A stretch of 24,050 nucleotides of DNA from Helicobacteraceae bacterium (GCA_011390075.1 JAABTA010000001.1:1-24050), one strand, 5' to 3'; shown: positions 15,470-23,899, counted from the stretch's first letter. The notes: generated from the letters alone by a model not told the origin. Program-made: numbers and translations.

Positions 15470-17896
15470 ATGGCAGAAGAGGAAAAAAACGAAGATCTAG
15501 AAGAGAACACTGAGGAGCACCTCGATGAAAATAGCGAGGATGATGACTCCTTTGATGGTGATGAGCTAGAGCCTGTAGATGATGATGGCGAAACGATCAT
15601 CTTAAAAGATGGTGAGGATGAGCTTCAAGATGATTTTTTAGATCCAGAAGAGTTTGCCGAAAAAAGCGAAGAAGAGAGCAGGCTTAAAAAATTTATTGAA
15701 AAACTTAAAAAGCCAAAAGTGCTTTTCTCTATTGCCATCTCCTTGTTGGTTGCTATTTTTGCCCTGCTATTTTCTCTTTTTGGCTCTGATGAAGCGATGG
15801 AAAACCCCTATACTGAAGCGGAACTTATCTCTAAAAGTCTGCAAGAAAAAGATCTCATTCAGTTAGATCTAAAACAAAATTCTATTGAAAAACTTATTGA
15901 AAAAGCAACCATTTTTTACGAGCAGGGAGAAAGAGAGAAATCTTTGGATCTTTTTAATGAGGTGGCTATCTACAATGAGTCGCTCTCATGGTATAACCTT
16001 GGGGTAGCGAGAGTCAAAGAGCGAGACTATGAAAATGCATTAGAAGCCTTTAAAAAGGCGCTTAATAGTAATGAGCACCGATGTGAGAGTGCCGTGAATG
16101 CTGCTGTGTGCTCTTTGGAACTAGGAGACAGAGCAGGATTTAATCACTACATAGATTTGGCTTATAAATATCTTCCTGAAAGAGTTTCTTCACCACTATA
16201 CTCCTATTTGTACTCTGTAATTAGCCACTATAGAGACAAGCCTTTTCAAGTTATTGTAAGCTCAAAAGAGCCAACAGTTGATAAGTATAGAGAGGAAAAG
16301 CACCGAGTGACAGCAAAATCTTTTTTGATGCTTGAAGATGCAAAAAGCGCTATTGATCATCTAGAGCTTGCAAAAACAGGGGACGATCTTTTGACCCTTG
16401 GTCTTTTATATGCAAGAATCGGTGAGTACGAAAATGCCCAAACTAGGCTCAGAGAGGCCATTAGTACCAAAGTGGATGTGAATGAGAGCAAAGAGGCACT
16501 ATTGCTCACCTATCTTAAAACAGGAGAGCTAAATAATGCAGGCAACACTATCAACTCCTCATTATCAGGTCTAGGCAGGTATCCAATTAAAGTGAAGCTG
16601 AAAAAGAGGCTCTTTGATATTGGTTTGGCGCAGGAGTATTTCTCAGAGAACCTTCTTTTGGATAAAGAGGTATTTCTAGGCACACTTTTTTATTTTACCC
16701 CTTATCAGATCTTAGATCCCACAAGAACTTTGAAGCTCATTCAAAAAGGAGAGCTGAGTATTGAAGGAAGCGATATTAGCGAGGCAAAAAACTATTTAAG
16801 CGATAGTGTTACTCTCTCTGGCATTCATGGAAGCCTTGCTTTGGGGGTAAAGCTAGCTATTAATAATCGTTTAATCGAGGCCAATGAGATCTTTAAGCGG
16901 GTCGAAGAGAACTATAGAAGCCACGATGTATTAGAGTATAATCTTGCGCTTTCTTATGCGCAACTTGGCAACTATAATGATGCGTATGATCACTTTAAAA
17001 GAGCCTATTTTCTGAATAAAAACAACCACATGGCAGGGGTGTTTGCTGTGATTACCTCTGCGTATGCTGGGATAGATGAGCAGGAAAATATGCAAGAGCT
17101 CTTAGAGTATTTTGGAGACAGAGAGGATGATGAGTCAAGATTTTATACAGCCATTCTCAACTTTTATTCTGACAATCTTTTAGCCTTTGCAAGATGGCTA
17201 GAGAGTGAGAAAAAAGATGATCCTAGATATGTACTTTTAGACATTTTTACAGCCGATAAGCTCGAGCGTTTTACAACCCTAAAAGAGAAAACCTCAAAAC
17301 TAAGAGAGATGTATCCAAGGGAGTTTCTATCAAATATCTTAGATATCTATGCGGATAATAGAAAATATACTATCAAACAAAAAGCTTTTGGTTTTCAAGA
17401 CTTTATGCACTTAGATAATTTTGATAAAACAGCCATCTACTACGGCTCGCCAACCATTAGAGACCTCTATATTAAACTAGGGCTCCTTACAGGGAACCTT
17501 CGTCAAATTAGAGAAAAGTTCCAAGAGCAGTTAGCTATAGAGGTTAATAATCCAAAAGGGCTTATGCAAGGGCTCGCTTTGGTGAATGTCTATTTGGGCT
17601 ATTTTGAGGAGGCTTTTTCAATATACAACCAGTTGATTGACGAGCAGGGTATGAACGATAGCAAAACGCTCCTTCAAGCTTCAGTAGCAGCTATAGGCGC
17701 AAATCATAAAGAGAATGCTATTGCTCTTTTAGAGCTTGCAATCTTGCAAAACAGACGCAATTTTGAAGCTAGGTATGGGCTGGCTCTTTTGTATATGGAG
17801 ATTGGAAACTATGAAGGGGCAGCTATTCAGCTCACCAATGTAGATAGTGGCATATATGACTCTAAATATTATGATTTTGATTTAGTCAATCAGTAA
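15470..17896 (+). CDS. pflB: Membrane-anchored TPR protein, PflB-like flagellar motor periplasmic disc protein
   Basis: Very acidic N-terminus, one TM helix (VLFSIAISLLVAIFALLFSLF), multiple TPRs (SWYNLGVA, LEYNLALSYAQLG, ARYGLALLY) and 808 aa. Position directly after serS matches my recollection of C. jejuni Cj0389-Cj0390. Confidence 0.7.
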   Translation: MAEEEKNEDLEENTEEHLDENSEDDDSFDGDELEPVDDDGETIILKDGEDELQDDFLDPEEFAEKSEEESRLKKFIEKLKKPKVLFSIAISLLVAIFALLFSLFGSDEAMENPYTEAELISKSLQEKDLIQLDLKQNSIEKLIEKATIFYEQGEREKSLDLFNEVAIYNESLSWYNLGVARVKERDYENALEAFKKALNSNEHRCESAVNAAVCSLELGDRAGFNHYIDLAYKYLPERVSSPLYSYLYSVISHYRDKPFQVIVSSKEPTVDKYREEKHRVTAKSFLMLEDAKSAIDHLELAKTGDDLLTLGLLYARIGEYENAQTRLREAISTKVDVNESKEALLLTYLKTGELNNAGNTINSSLSGLGRYPIKVKLKKRLFDIGLAQEYFSENLLLDKEVFLGTLFYFTPYQILDPTRTLKLIQKGELSIEGSDISEAKNYLSDSVTLSGIHGSLALGVKLAINNRLIEANEIFKRVEENYRSHDVLEYNLALSYAQLGNYNDAYDHFKRAYFLNKNNHMAGVFAVITSAYAGIDEQENMQELLEYFGDREDDESRFYTAILNFYSDNLLAFARWLESEKKDDPRYVLLDIFTADKLERFTTLKEKTSKLREMYPREFLSNILDIYADNRKYTIKQKAFGFQDFMHLDNFDKTAIYYGSPTIRDLYIKLGLLTGNLRQIREKFQEQLAIEVNNPKGLMQGLALVNVYLGYFEEAFSIYNQLIDEQGMNDSKTLLQASVAAIGANHKENAIALLELAILQNRRNFEARYGLALLYMEIGNYEGAAIQLTNVDSGIYDSKYYDFDLVNQ

Positions 17897-18337
17897 AACA
17901 TACTCTCCAGAGTACTGCACGCACACCTTATTATCTTCTTTGATACTAACATCAAGGGTGAGGGAGGCTCTTTTTTTTGTGGCTAGTTTCTCTATAAGAT
18001 CTTGGAGTCTCTCTTTTGGTGGAAAAGCAACAGTTGCCGTAAAGTCTTTTTTGATGGGTCTTGCATATTTCATCTGGCTTTTGTAAATTACAATATCCGC
18101 GTTAAGTGCATTGATTTGCGCAATAACCCAACAAAGAGACCACCCTGTAATAGTACACAAAGAGGCAATACTTCCGCCAAAAGCTGTCAGTTTATCGTTG
18201 ATATTGTGATCAAGCGGAGCTTGAAGAGACAGGTGTTTCTCATTGAGCGTCTCCACTGTAAATAGGAGGGTTTTCGTTGGTGGTATTTCGTTATGTAACT
18301 TCTCTTGAAGTTCTTGCTGTAATTTATTCCAATTCAT
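17882..18337 (-). CDS. Standalone YiiD C-terminal hotdog-fold protein (MadB-like)
   Basis: Real start is ATG 18337 (MNWNK, AGAGGGG SD); the longer track ORF is an antisense extension. APLDHNINDKLTAFGGSI, GWS and Y.RPI motifs. Confidence 0.75.
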   Translation of the reverse strand: MNWNKLQQELQEKLHNEIPPTKTLLFTVETLNEKHLSLQAPLDHNINDKLTAFGGSIASLCTITGWSLCWVIAQINALNADIVIYKSQMKYARPIKKDFTATVAFPPKERLQDLIEKLATKKRASLTLDVSIKEDNKVCVQYSGEYVLLID

Positions 18338-18359
18338 TGAATACCCCTCTTTGGTGTTA

Positions 18360-18377
18360 TATACTAAAGCAATTATA
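18360..18377. promoter_or_regulatory. Divergent -10 boxes in a 55-bp gap (TATACT on +, TATAAT on -)
   Basis: + TATACT at 18360-65 and - TATAAT at 18377-72. Direct repeat TTATATAC at 18357 and 18373. Confidence 0.45.
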
Positions 18378-18392
18378 TACGAAGGATGATAA

Positions 18393-18938
18393 ATGGCTGG
18401 AATGAATGCAGAGAATACACTGATTGTGATGGTCGATGTGCAGGAGAAGCTTTTCCCCCATATCCATAAAAATAGAGAGCTTGAGAAAAAAATGGGAATT
18501 TTGCTGCAAGGGGCTAAGACTTTAGGTGTGCCTATTATGGTAAATGAGCAGTATAAAAAAGGGCTTGGAGCGACCGTTGCCCCTTTGCAAGAGCTTATAG
18601 GAGCGTACCAATCTTTTGAAAAAACAACCTTTTCTTGCTGTAAAAATGACGCCACTTTTGAGGCAATTAAAGCGATGAATAAAGAGTTTGTTGTTGTATT
18701 TGGTGTGGAGACTCATATCTGTGTGATGCAAACAGTGCTTGATCTTAATAGCAAGGGGTATAAAACTATTTTGGTAGCGGATTGTGTGGGTTCAAGAAAA
18801 GAGAAAGATACAGAAGTGGCTATCCAAAGAATGGTGCAAGCTGGGGTCGTGCCAACGACTTATGAGTCCTTTCTTTTTGAGATCTTAGTCAATGCAAAAC
18901 ATGAAAAGTTTAAAGAGATTAGTAAGTTAGTTAAATAG
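18393..18938 (+). CDS. Isochorismatase-family cysteine hydrolase
   Basis: VDVQEKL, EQYKKGLG.T, EKTTFSCC and GVETHICV (catalytic Cys). Confidence 0.9.
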   Translation: MAGMNAENTLIVMVDVQEKLFPHIHKNRELEKKMGILLQGAKTLGVPIMVNEQYKKGLGATVAPLQELIGAYQSFEKTTFSCCKNDATFEAIKAMNKEFVVVFGVETHICVMQTVLDLNSKGYKTILVADCVGSRKEKDTEVAIQRMVQAGVVPTTYESFLFEILVNAKHEKFKEISKLVK

Positions 18939-18946
18939 TTTCTTAG

Positions 18947-18952
18947 TATAAT
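18947..18952 (+). promoter_or_regulatory. -10 box placed for a leaderless murB transcript
   Basis: TATAAT, then 5 nt (CTTGC), then ATG 18958. No SD in the 19-bp gap. Confidence 0.6.
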
Positions 18953-18957
18953 CTTGC

Positions 18958-19731
18958 ATGACAAAAGAGATAGATTTTTCTAAATATTCTGCAATAAAAA
19001 TAGGACCAAAGGTAGAGGTTACTGTCATAGAGGAGATCTCTACCCCCTTAAAAAGTTTTTACTTAATAGGTGGGGCTAATAATTTACTTATTTCAAATAC
19101 TCCCCCCGATTTAGCCATCCTTTCAAAAAAATATAGCTATATTAAACTTGCTCATAATATCCTCACTGTTGGAGGTGCTACCCCTAGTGGGAAAATCCAC
19201 TCATTTTGTAAAAAAAACAGTCTAGGTGGACTAGAGTTTCTAGGCAAGCTTCCTGGAACTGTTGGTGGGCTTGTGAAGATGAATGCGGGAATGAAAATAT
19301 ATGAGATCTCTCAAGGTCTCTTAGAGATAACCACGGAGTCTGGCATATTTACCAAAGAGGAGATTGCCTTTGGGTATAGGACAAGCAATATTCGAGGAGT
19401 GATTGTAGAGGCAAAGTTTAGGATGGACTCTGGCTTTGATAGGGTAAAAGAGAAGCTTTTTTCCACCATGCGTGCCAATCAGCCCTCCTATCCAAGTGCT
19501 GGCAGTGTGTTTAAAAATCCAGAAGGTGAGAGTGCTGGCAGACTCATAGAGGCGGTTGGTCTCAAAGGATTTCGCAAAGGAAATATGGCGTGGAGTGATA
19601 AGCACGCTAATTTTTTAGTGAATTTAGGAGATGGAACTTTTGAGGATGCCCTCTTTCTTCTTGCGCTTGCAAAAGAAGAGGTACAAAAGAGATTTGATAT
19701 TAAGCTAAAGGAGGAGGTTATCCTCCTTTAA
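18958..19731 (+). CDS. murB: UDP-N-acetylenolpyruvoylglucosamine reductase
   Basis: IDFSKYSAIKIG, IGGANNLL, GLEFL..LPGTVGGLVKMNAG, QPSYPSAGSVFKNP and HANFLVN. Confidence 0.95.
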   Translation: MTKEIDFSKYSAIKIGPKVEVTVIEEISTPLKSFYLIGGANNLLISNTPPDLAILSKKYSYIKLAHNILTVGGATPSGKIHSFCKKNSLGGLEFLGKLPGTVGGLVKMNAGMKIYEISQGLLEITTESGIFTKEEIAFGYRTSNIRGVIVEAKFRMDSGFDRVKEKLFSTMRANQPSYPSAGSVFKNPEGESAGRLIEAVGLKGFRKGNMAWSDKHANFLVNLGDGTFEDALFLLALAKEEVQKRFDIKLKEEVILL

Positions 19732-19735
19732 GGTA

Positions 19736-20098
19736 CTAGCAGCTTGGAACATTCCCGCTGTCGTTAGCGTAGCAAGTTAAGAAAGCTTTCATATAGTTTC
19801 TCACTTCCTCTTTTTCAAAAAGCTTTGTAAGAATAGCTTTTTTCTTATCAGTTGTGCCAAACTCTTCGATAAATGGTTGTGCTTCATTTTCGAAAAGCTC
19901 TTCCCACTCATAACCAGCGTGAAGTGCTGCAACTTTAGCTCCTGTGTCTCCATCAAAAATACTGTTTTTAAACATTTTTTGAAAGTATCTTTGACCCTTT
20001 GTGGTGTCTCTATCTGTTGTGCAGTTTGCACTGAGTGTAGCTGCACCAAAACCTAGTATTAGCATTGCTGCTAGTAAAACCTTAGAAAGTTTTTTCAT
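19736..20098 (-). CDS. Small secreted Campylobacterota protein ending DSGNVPSC; no CXXCH heme motif
   Basis: Start ATG 20098 (MKKLSKVLLAAML, AAAGGGG SD). Signal peptide, KGQRYF, H...EWEELF and C-terminal YANDSGNVPSC. Own TATAAT at 20131-20126. Confidence 0.7.
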   Translation of the reverse strand: MKKLSKVLLAAMLILGFGAATLSANCTTDRDTTKGQRYFQKMFKNSIFDGDTGAKVAALHAGYEWEELFENEAQPFIEEFGTTDKKKAILTKLFEKEEVRNYMKAFLTCYANDSGNVPSC

Positions 20099-20139
20099 TG
20101 TTTGCCCCTTTGCTTGTTTTAGGTAATTATACATATTTT

Positions 20140-21510
20140 TTAATAAAAAGTTAAGAAAATCCCCAACAAAAGTATAAAAATAAGACTTAAATAGTCTAAT
20201 ATTTTAGATAAGTTATTGTTTTTTATATTTTTTCGCAATTTTATTGAAAGCACTGCCGTCACAAAAATAACAAGACTCATGCCCACACTCATAACCAAAG
20301 CCGCTAAAAATCCTAGAAAATAGGCTCCTAGTGAGAGTGTAAAAATAAATATGGTCACCGTTCCCGGGCAGGGGATGATGCCTGCACTGATAATCACGCC
20401 AATGTCTGTTGTGGTATTGGAGAGATTGCAAGCAGAACATCCACATTCAGGTTTGTGCAAAGAGAACTTGTATTTTTTATTCTCTTTTGCTACTTGGAGC
20501 TTTTTTAAAAGCATATAAAGAGCGATAGCAATAATAACAACCCCGGAGATCTTTGTAATGAGATTTTCTGCTGAGTCAATGTATTTGGTAAAAAACTCAT
20601 TGAGAATATAGTAGATACCAAAGGTCATAATAAAAGCAGAAAAGACATGAACAAAAGCTATCATAGAGGCGATAAAAAAGGCCTTTTTTACATCTTTGTT
20701 GTGGCTAAGCATATAGCTAGCCACTAGTGATTTTCCATGCCCAGGGCCCGCAGCGTGAATAATGCCATAGATAAAAGAGAAAAGTAGCAAGGTAAAAAAT
20801 GACAATGCAGAGCTATTTTCTTTGATATCCATGACTAAACGGTTCATTTTGAGGCTTGTTTGACTAAGGATCTCTGCAAAATAGATAGAGATCCCTTTAT
20901 CTGGCTTCTCTTTTCGTGTAGCGCTCGTCTCAGTTTTTTTTGAGAGTTGTTTGTTAAAGGAGATCTCTAGTGGCAAGGTGTAGTCTTCTATATTGGAAGA
21001 GACGATAATTGGCTCCTCGATCGTATGGGTAAGGCCAGAGGGTTTTATGAAATAGGCTAGGATTCCGTTGTTGTCAATATAGTCAATTGCAAGGTTCAAG
21101 TCACTTGTAATTGGCTCATCTATCTTAATACGAAAATAAGAGGTGAGCTCTTCGTAGTCTAAAACAACTCTTTTGTCTACTATCTTGTCCATAATATCTA
21201 TGGCTTTATTGTTGATATGGATAGTGGTGTTGTACTTATTGTCTTCTAAGATCTCAAAAAAGATTTTTTCCACCTCTTCTTGCTCTTTTGGGTCTATCTT
21301 TCCATTAACATTCTCATCATAAGTTTGTGCTGATTTGGTGGCATAAAGCTGGGAAAACTCCCATTTAACCTCAATGTAGTAAATTTTCTCTTGGTCAGCA
21401 ATGAGTTTGGTGTAGGCGTAAACAGTTGGGTCTGTAACACTGCAAAGATAACATGCATGGAGATTAGAGAGAAAAATAAGAGTGATAAAAAATGCTTTAA
21501 TCCCTTGCAA
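20140..21510 (-). CDS. Fusion of a periplasmic DUF1007-like domain and a NicO/RcnA-family metal transporter
   Basis: TTG start with AGGAG SD. Signal peptide, CYLC, W.FS, DENVNGKIDPKE and YFIK segment, then the membrane domain YGIIHAAGPGHGKS, AFVH, GIIPCP and LGFLAALVMSVGM. One uninterrupted frame. Confidence 0.8.
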   Translation of the reverse strand: MQGIKAFFITLIFLSNLHACYLCSVTDPTVYAYTKLIADQEKIYYIEVKWEFSQLYATKSAQTYDENVNGKIDPKEQEEVEKIFFEILEDNKYNTTIHINNKAIDIMDKIVDKRVVLDYEELTSYFRIKIDEPITSDLNLAIDYIDNNGILAYFIKPSGLTHTIEEPIIVSSNIEDYTLPLEISFNKQLSKKTETSATRKEKPDKGISIYFAEILSQTSLKMNRLVMDIKENSSALSFFTLLLFSFIYGIIHAAGPGHGKSLVASYMLSHNKDVKKAFFIASMIAFVHVFSAFIMTFGIYYILNEFFTKYIDSAENLITKISGVVIIAIALYMLLKKLQVAKENKKYKFSLHKPECGCSACNLSNTTTDIGVIISAGIIPCPGTVTIFIFTLSLGAYFLGFLAALVMSVGMSLVIFVTAVLSIKLRKNIKNNNLSKILDYLSLIFILLLGIFLTFY

Positions 21511-22306
21511 ACATTCTCCTTAAGATAAAAAAGAGCATAAAGATAGCTGTAGCAACTAAAATTATAGAGGCTCCCGATGTCAGGTTGTACTCATAAGAGA
21601 ATCCAAGCCCTAAAAAAATAAAAACTAAAGAGAGCAAGGAGGAGTATACCATGGTTTTTCCTAAAGAGTTGCTAAAGTTTTCAGCAATATAGACAGGAAT
21701 GGTTAAAAGAGCTATGACCAAAATAAGCCCAACACTACGGATGGCTATGACAACTGTAAGTGCTGTGAGAACATAGATAAGAACGGTGTAGAAAACAGTA
21801 TTGACCCCCCGAACCTTTGCATATTCTCTGTCATAAGAGACAGCTAGCAAGGTTGGATAGAACAGAGTAACCGCGAGGAGAATTATGCCATCAAGTATCC
21901 CCATAAAAATAAGATCAGAAGAGGGGACTGTAAGAATACTCCCAAACAGATAACTCATAAGGTCCACATTGTAGCCAGGGGTGAGATCTACAAATATAAT
22001 TCCAATAGCCATGCCAAATGCCCACATTACCCCAATAAAGGTGTCTATTCTATGGGGGTATTTAAGAAAGAAAAATGCTGTTATAAGAGCAGCTAGAAGA
22101 GCAAAAACTGTTGTGCCTAAAAGAAATGGTAAAGAAAAATAAAGAGCCATTCCAATGCCTCCATAGGCACTGTGGGCAATGCCACCTGCTACAAAAACAG
22201 TTTTGTTAGCCACAACTAAAGTGCCAATCACCCCTACGGCAATGCTTACAAAAAAACCCGCTAGGAGTGCATTTTGGATAAAGGGATACGAGAGTAGTTC
22301 TAGCAC
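21497..22306 (-). CDS. znuB: Zn/Mn ABC transporter permease (ZnuB-like)
   Basis: FVAGGIAHSAYGG, DLMSYLFGSIL, SVGLILVIALLTIP and SGASII. GTG 22306 (AGAGG SD, overlaps the znuC stop) is preferred to TTG 22312. Confidence 0.88.
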   Translation of the reverse strand: MLELLSYPFIQNALLAGFFVSIAVGVIGTLVVANKTVFVAGGIAHSAYGGIGMALYFSLPFLLGTTVFALLAALITAFFFLKYPHRIDTFIGVMWAFGMAIGIIFVDLTPGYNVDLMSYLFGSILTVPSSDLIFMGILDGIILLAVTLFYPTLLAVSYDREYAKVRGVNTVFYTVLIYVLTALTVVIAIRSVGLILVIALLTIPVYIAENFSNSLGKTMVYSSLLSLVFIFLGLGFSYEYNLTSGASIILVATAIFMLFFILRRMFARD

Positions 22307-23037
22307 TGGCAACCTCTTTTTGTTTTGCCTAAAATCTCATTGATAAGTTCCACCTCACAAAAGTGCCCCTCTCTTTGTGAGAGTTTATGGGCCTCCTCTA
22401 CAGAGTGCATAGTAATTGTGCGGTTGATATAGGCAACTTTGGAGGCGTAGCCCAAAAGCAAAGAGATGTCATGACTCACAACAGCTAAGCTGAGATCTTT
22501 ATTTAAGGTTTTTAATAACTCAAAGATCTCTTGTTGTCCATTGGGGTCTATATTGGATGTTGGCTCGTCAAGCAAAAGCAGTTCTGGCTCACTCATTAAA
22601 CTTCTTGCAATAATGACTCTTTGTCTCTGTCCACCAGAGAGGGCTCCAATTTTTTTCTTGGCAAACTCTTTGACACCTGTAAGTTCTAGCTTCTGCTCGG
22701 CTTGGATTTTCTCTTCTTTTGAGTAGGAGAAAAACCTTTTTCTATCCCCCTCTAGTCCTGTTAAAACAACATCGAGTACAGTAATAGGAAAATCTTTATT
22801 GCTATTGGTATCTTGTGGTACATACCCAATTTTTTTTCTTCTTTTTACGCTCACTGACCCAGCACTAGGCAAAAGGAGTCCTAAAAAAATTTTAAAAAGA
22901 GTAGATTTTCCTCCTCCATTAGGTCCAATGATTGCTAAAAAATCTTTTTTTAAGATCTCTAATGAAATATTCTCTAGAACCGTCTGTTTATCGTCGTAGC
23001 TAAACCAGAGGTCGTGTACATCTATGAGCTTTTCTAT
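22300..23037 (-). CDS. znuC: Zn/Mn ABC transporter ATPase (ZnuC-like), apparent ATA start
   Basis: The frame is open from 23049 and contains Walker A GPNGGGKST upstream of the track's TTG 22872. Also GYVPQ, LSGGQRQR, LLLLDEPT and VVSHD. No ATG/GTG/TTG lies upstream of Walker A. ATA 23037 sits 8 nt after AAGGA. Confidence 0.85.
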   Translation of the reverse strand: MEKLIDVHDLWFSYDDKQTVLENISLEILKKDFLAIIGPNGGGKSTLFKIFLGLLLPSAGSVSVKRRKKIGYVPQDTNSNKDFPITVLDVVLTGLEGDRKRFFSYSKEEKIQAEQKLELTGVKEFAKKKIGALSGGQRQRVIIARSLMSEPELLLLDEPTSNIDPNGQQEIFELLKTLNKDLSLAVVSHDISLLLGYASKVAYINRTITMHSVEEAHKLSQREGHFCEVELINEILGKTKRGCQC

Positions 23038-23891
23038 TGTGAGTATCCTTTATCTATTGCTTTTGCAAAGTTTACCAAGTTTTCTAGATAGTTGCTGGCT
23101 AGAGGAGAAAAAGTTGTCACCTCCCCCCCTATCTCTTTGGCAATTACTAAGGCAGATTTTTTAGAAAACTCTGGCTGGGTAAAGAGGGTTTTTATATTGT
23201 CATGTTGTAACTCCTTAATAAGAGAAATGAGCTGTTTTGCTTTTGGAGATTTGCCTTCTATTTCAATAGCAACTTGTTCTAAGTGAAACTCTTTTGCAAA
23301 ATAACCCCACGATGGATGAAATACTGCAAAAGCTCTGTTTTTATGCGGCAACAGGATCTCTTGAATCTCTTTTTGTGTTGTCTCTATCTCTTGTAGGTAG
23401 TTTTGGTAGTTTTTTTCATAGGCACTGCTATTGTTTGGATCGGCTGCTATAAGAGCGTGTGCAATGTTTTTTGCGATAATTTTTGCATTTTCTAGGCTTG
23501 TCCAGATATGCGGATCTAGCCCAGTTTCCTCTTTTTTGTTCTCTTCCTCCTCTTCGTGGCGGTGCTTTGCTATTGGCACTTTTGTAATACCTTTGTCTAA
23601 GTAGACAACCCTCATGTTTGGATTAATGTCTTGAAATTTTGCAAGCCACGCACTCTCAAACTCGACTCCAATAGCCAAATACAGCGTTGAGTGTGCCATT
23701 TGTGTCATCTGTTTTGGTTTTGGCTCATATCCGTGAGGCGAGCTTCCAGGAGACACTAAAAGATTAATATCTACAAGATCTTTCCCGATCTTTTCTACCA
23801 TACTCTTTTGAGGCACGATAGAGACAGAAACCATCAGAGGTTTTGCTACCATTACGGCTGTGAATACAAGAAATATTGCTAATGTTTTCAT
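23034..23891 (-). CDS. znuA: Zn/Mn ABC transporter substrate-binding protein (ZnuA-like, cluster A-I)
   Basis: Start ATG 23891 (MKTLAIF, AGGAG SD). SPHGYEPKP, DPHIW and FHPSWGYF, with a short His/Glu loop HRHEEEEE. Confidence 0.88.
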   Translation of the reverse strand: MKTLAIFLVFTAVMVAKPLMVSVSIVPQKSMVEKIGKDLVDINLLVSPGSSPHGYEPKPKQMTQMAHSTLYLAIGVEFESAWLAKFQDINPNMRVVYLDKGITKVPIAKHRHEEEEENKKEETGLDPHIWTSLENAKIIAKNIAHALIAADPNNSSAYEKNYQNYLQEIETTQKEIQEILLPHKNRAFAVFHPSWGYFAKEFHLEQVAIEIEGKSPKAKQLISLIKELQHDNIKTLFTQPEFSKKSALVIAKEIGGEVTTFSPLASNYLENLVNFAKAIDKGYSQ

Positions 23892-23899
23892 TGTTGCTC

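Noticed and set aside
17882-17896. 15-nt convergent overlap of pflB and the hotdog gene, and the 4-nt murB convergent gap, as antisense regulation
   Set aside because: Tight convergent packing without intrinsic terminators is common in these compact genomes, and nothing else supports a regulatory role.
18338-18655. 257-aa minus-strand ORF overlapping the isochorismatase gene
   Set aside because: Only the last 151 aa look like a real protein. The rest is antisense shadow.
20140-21510. LHAC read as a lipobox
   Set aside because: His at -2 is atypical, and the protein already has a polytopic membrane domain. Signal peptidase I cleavage after LHA is more plausible, though untested.
23123-23129. 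C7 tract in znuA, and several T8 runs elsewhere, as phase-variation sites
   Set aside because: Shorter than typical Campylobacterota contingency tracts (about G8-9 or more). The frames are intact and T runs are expected at this AT content.
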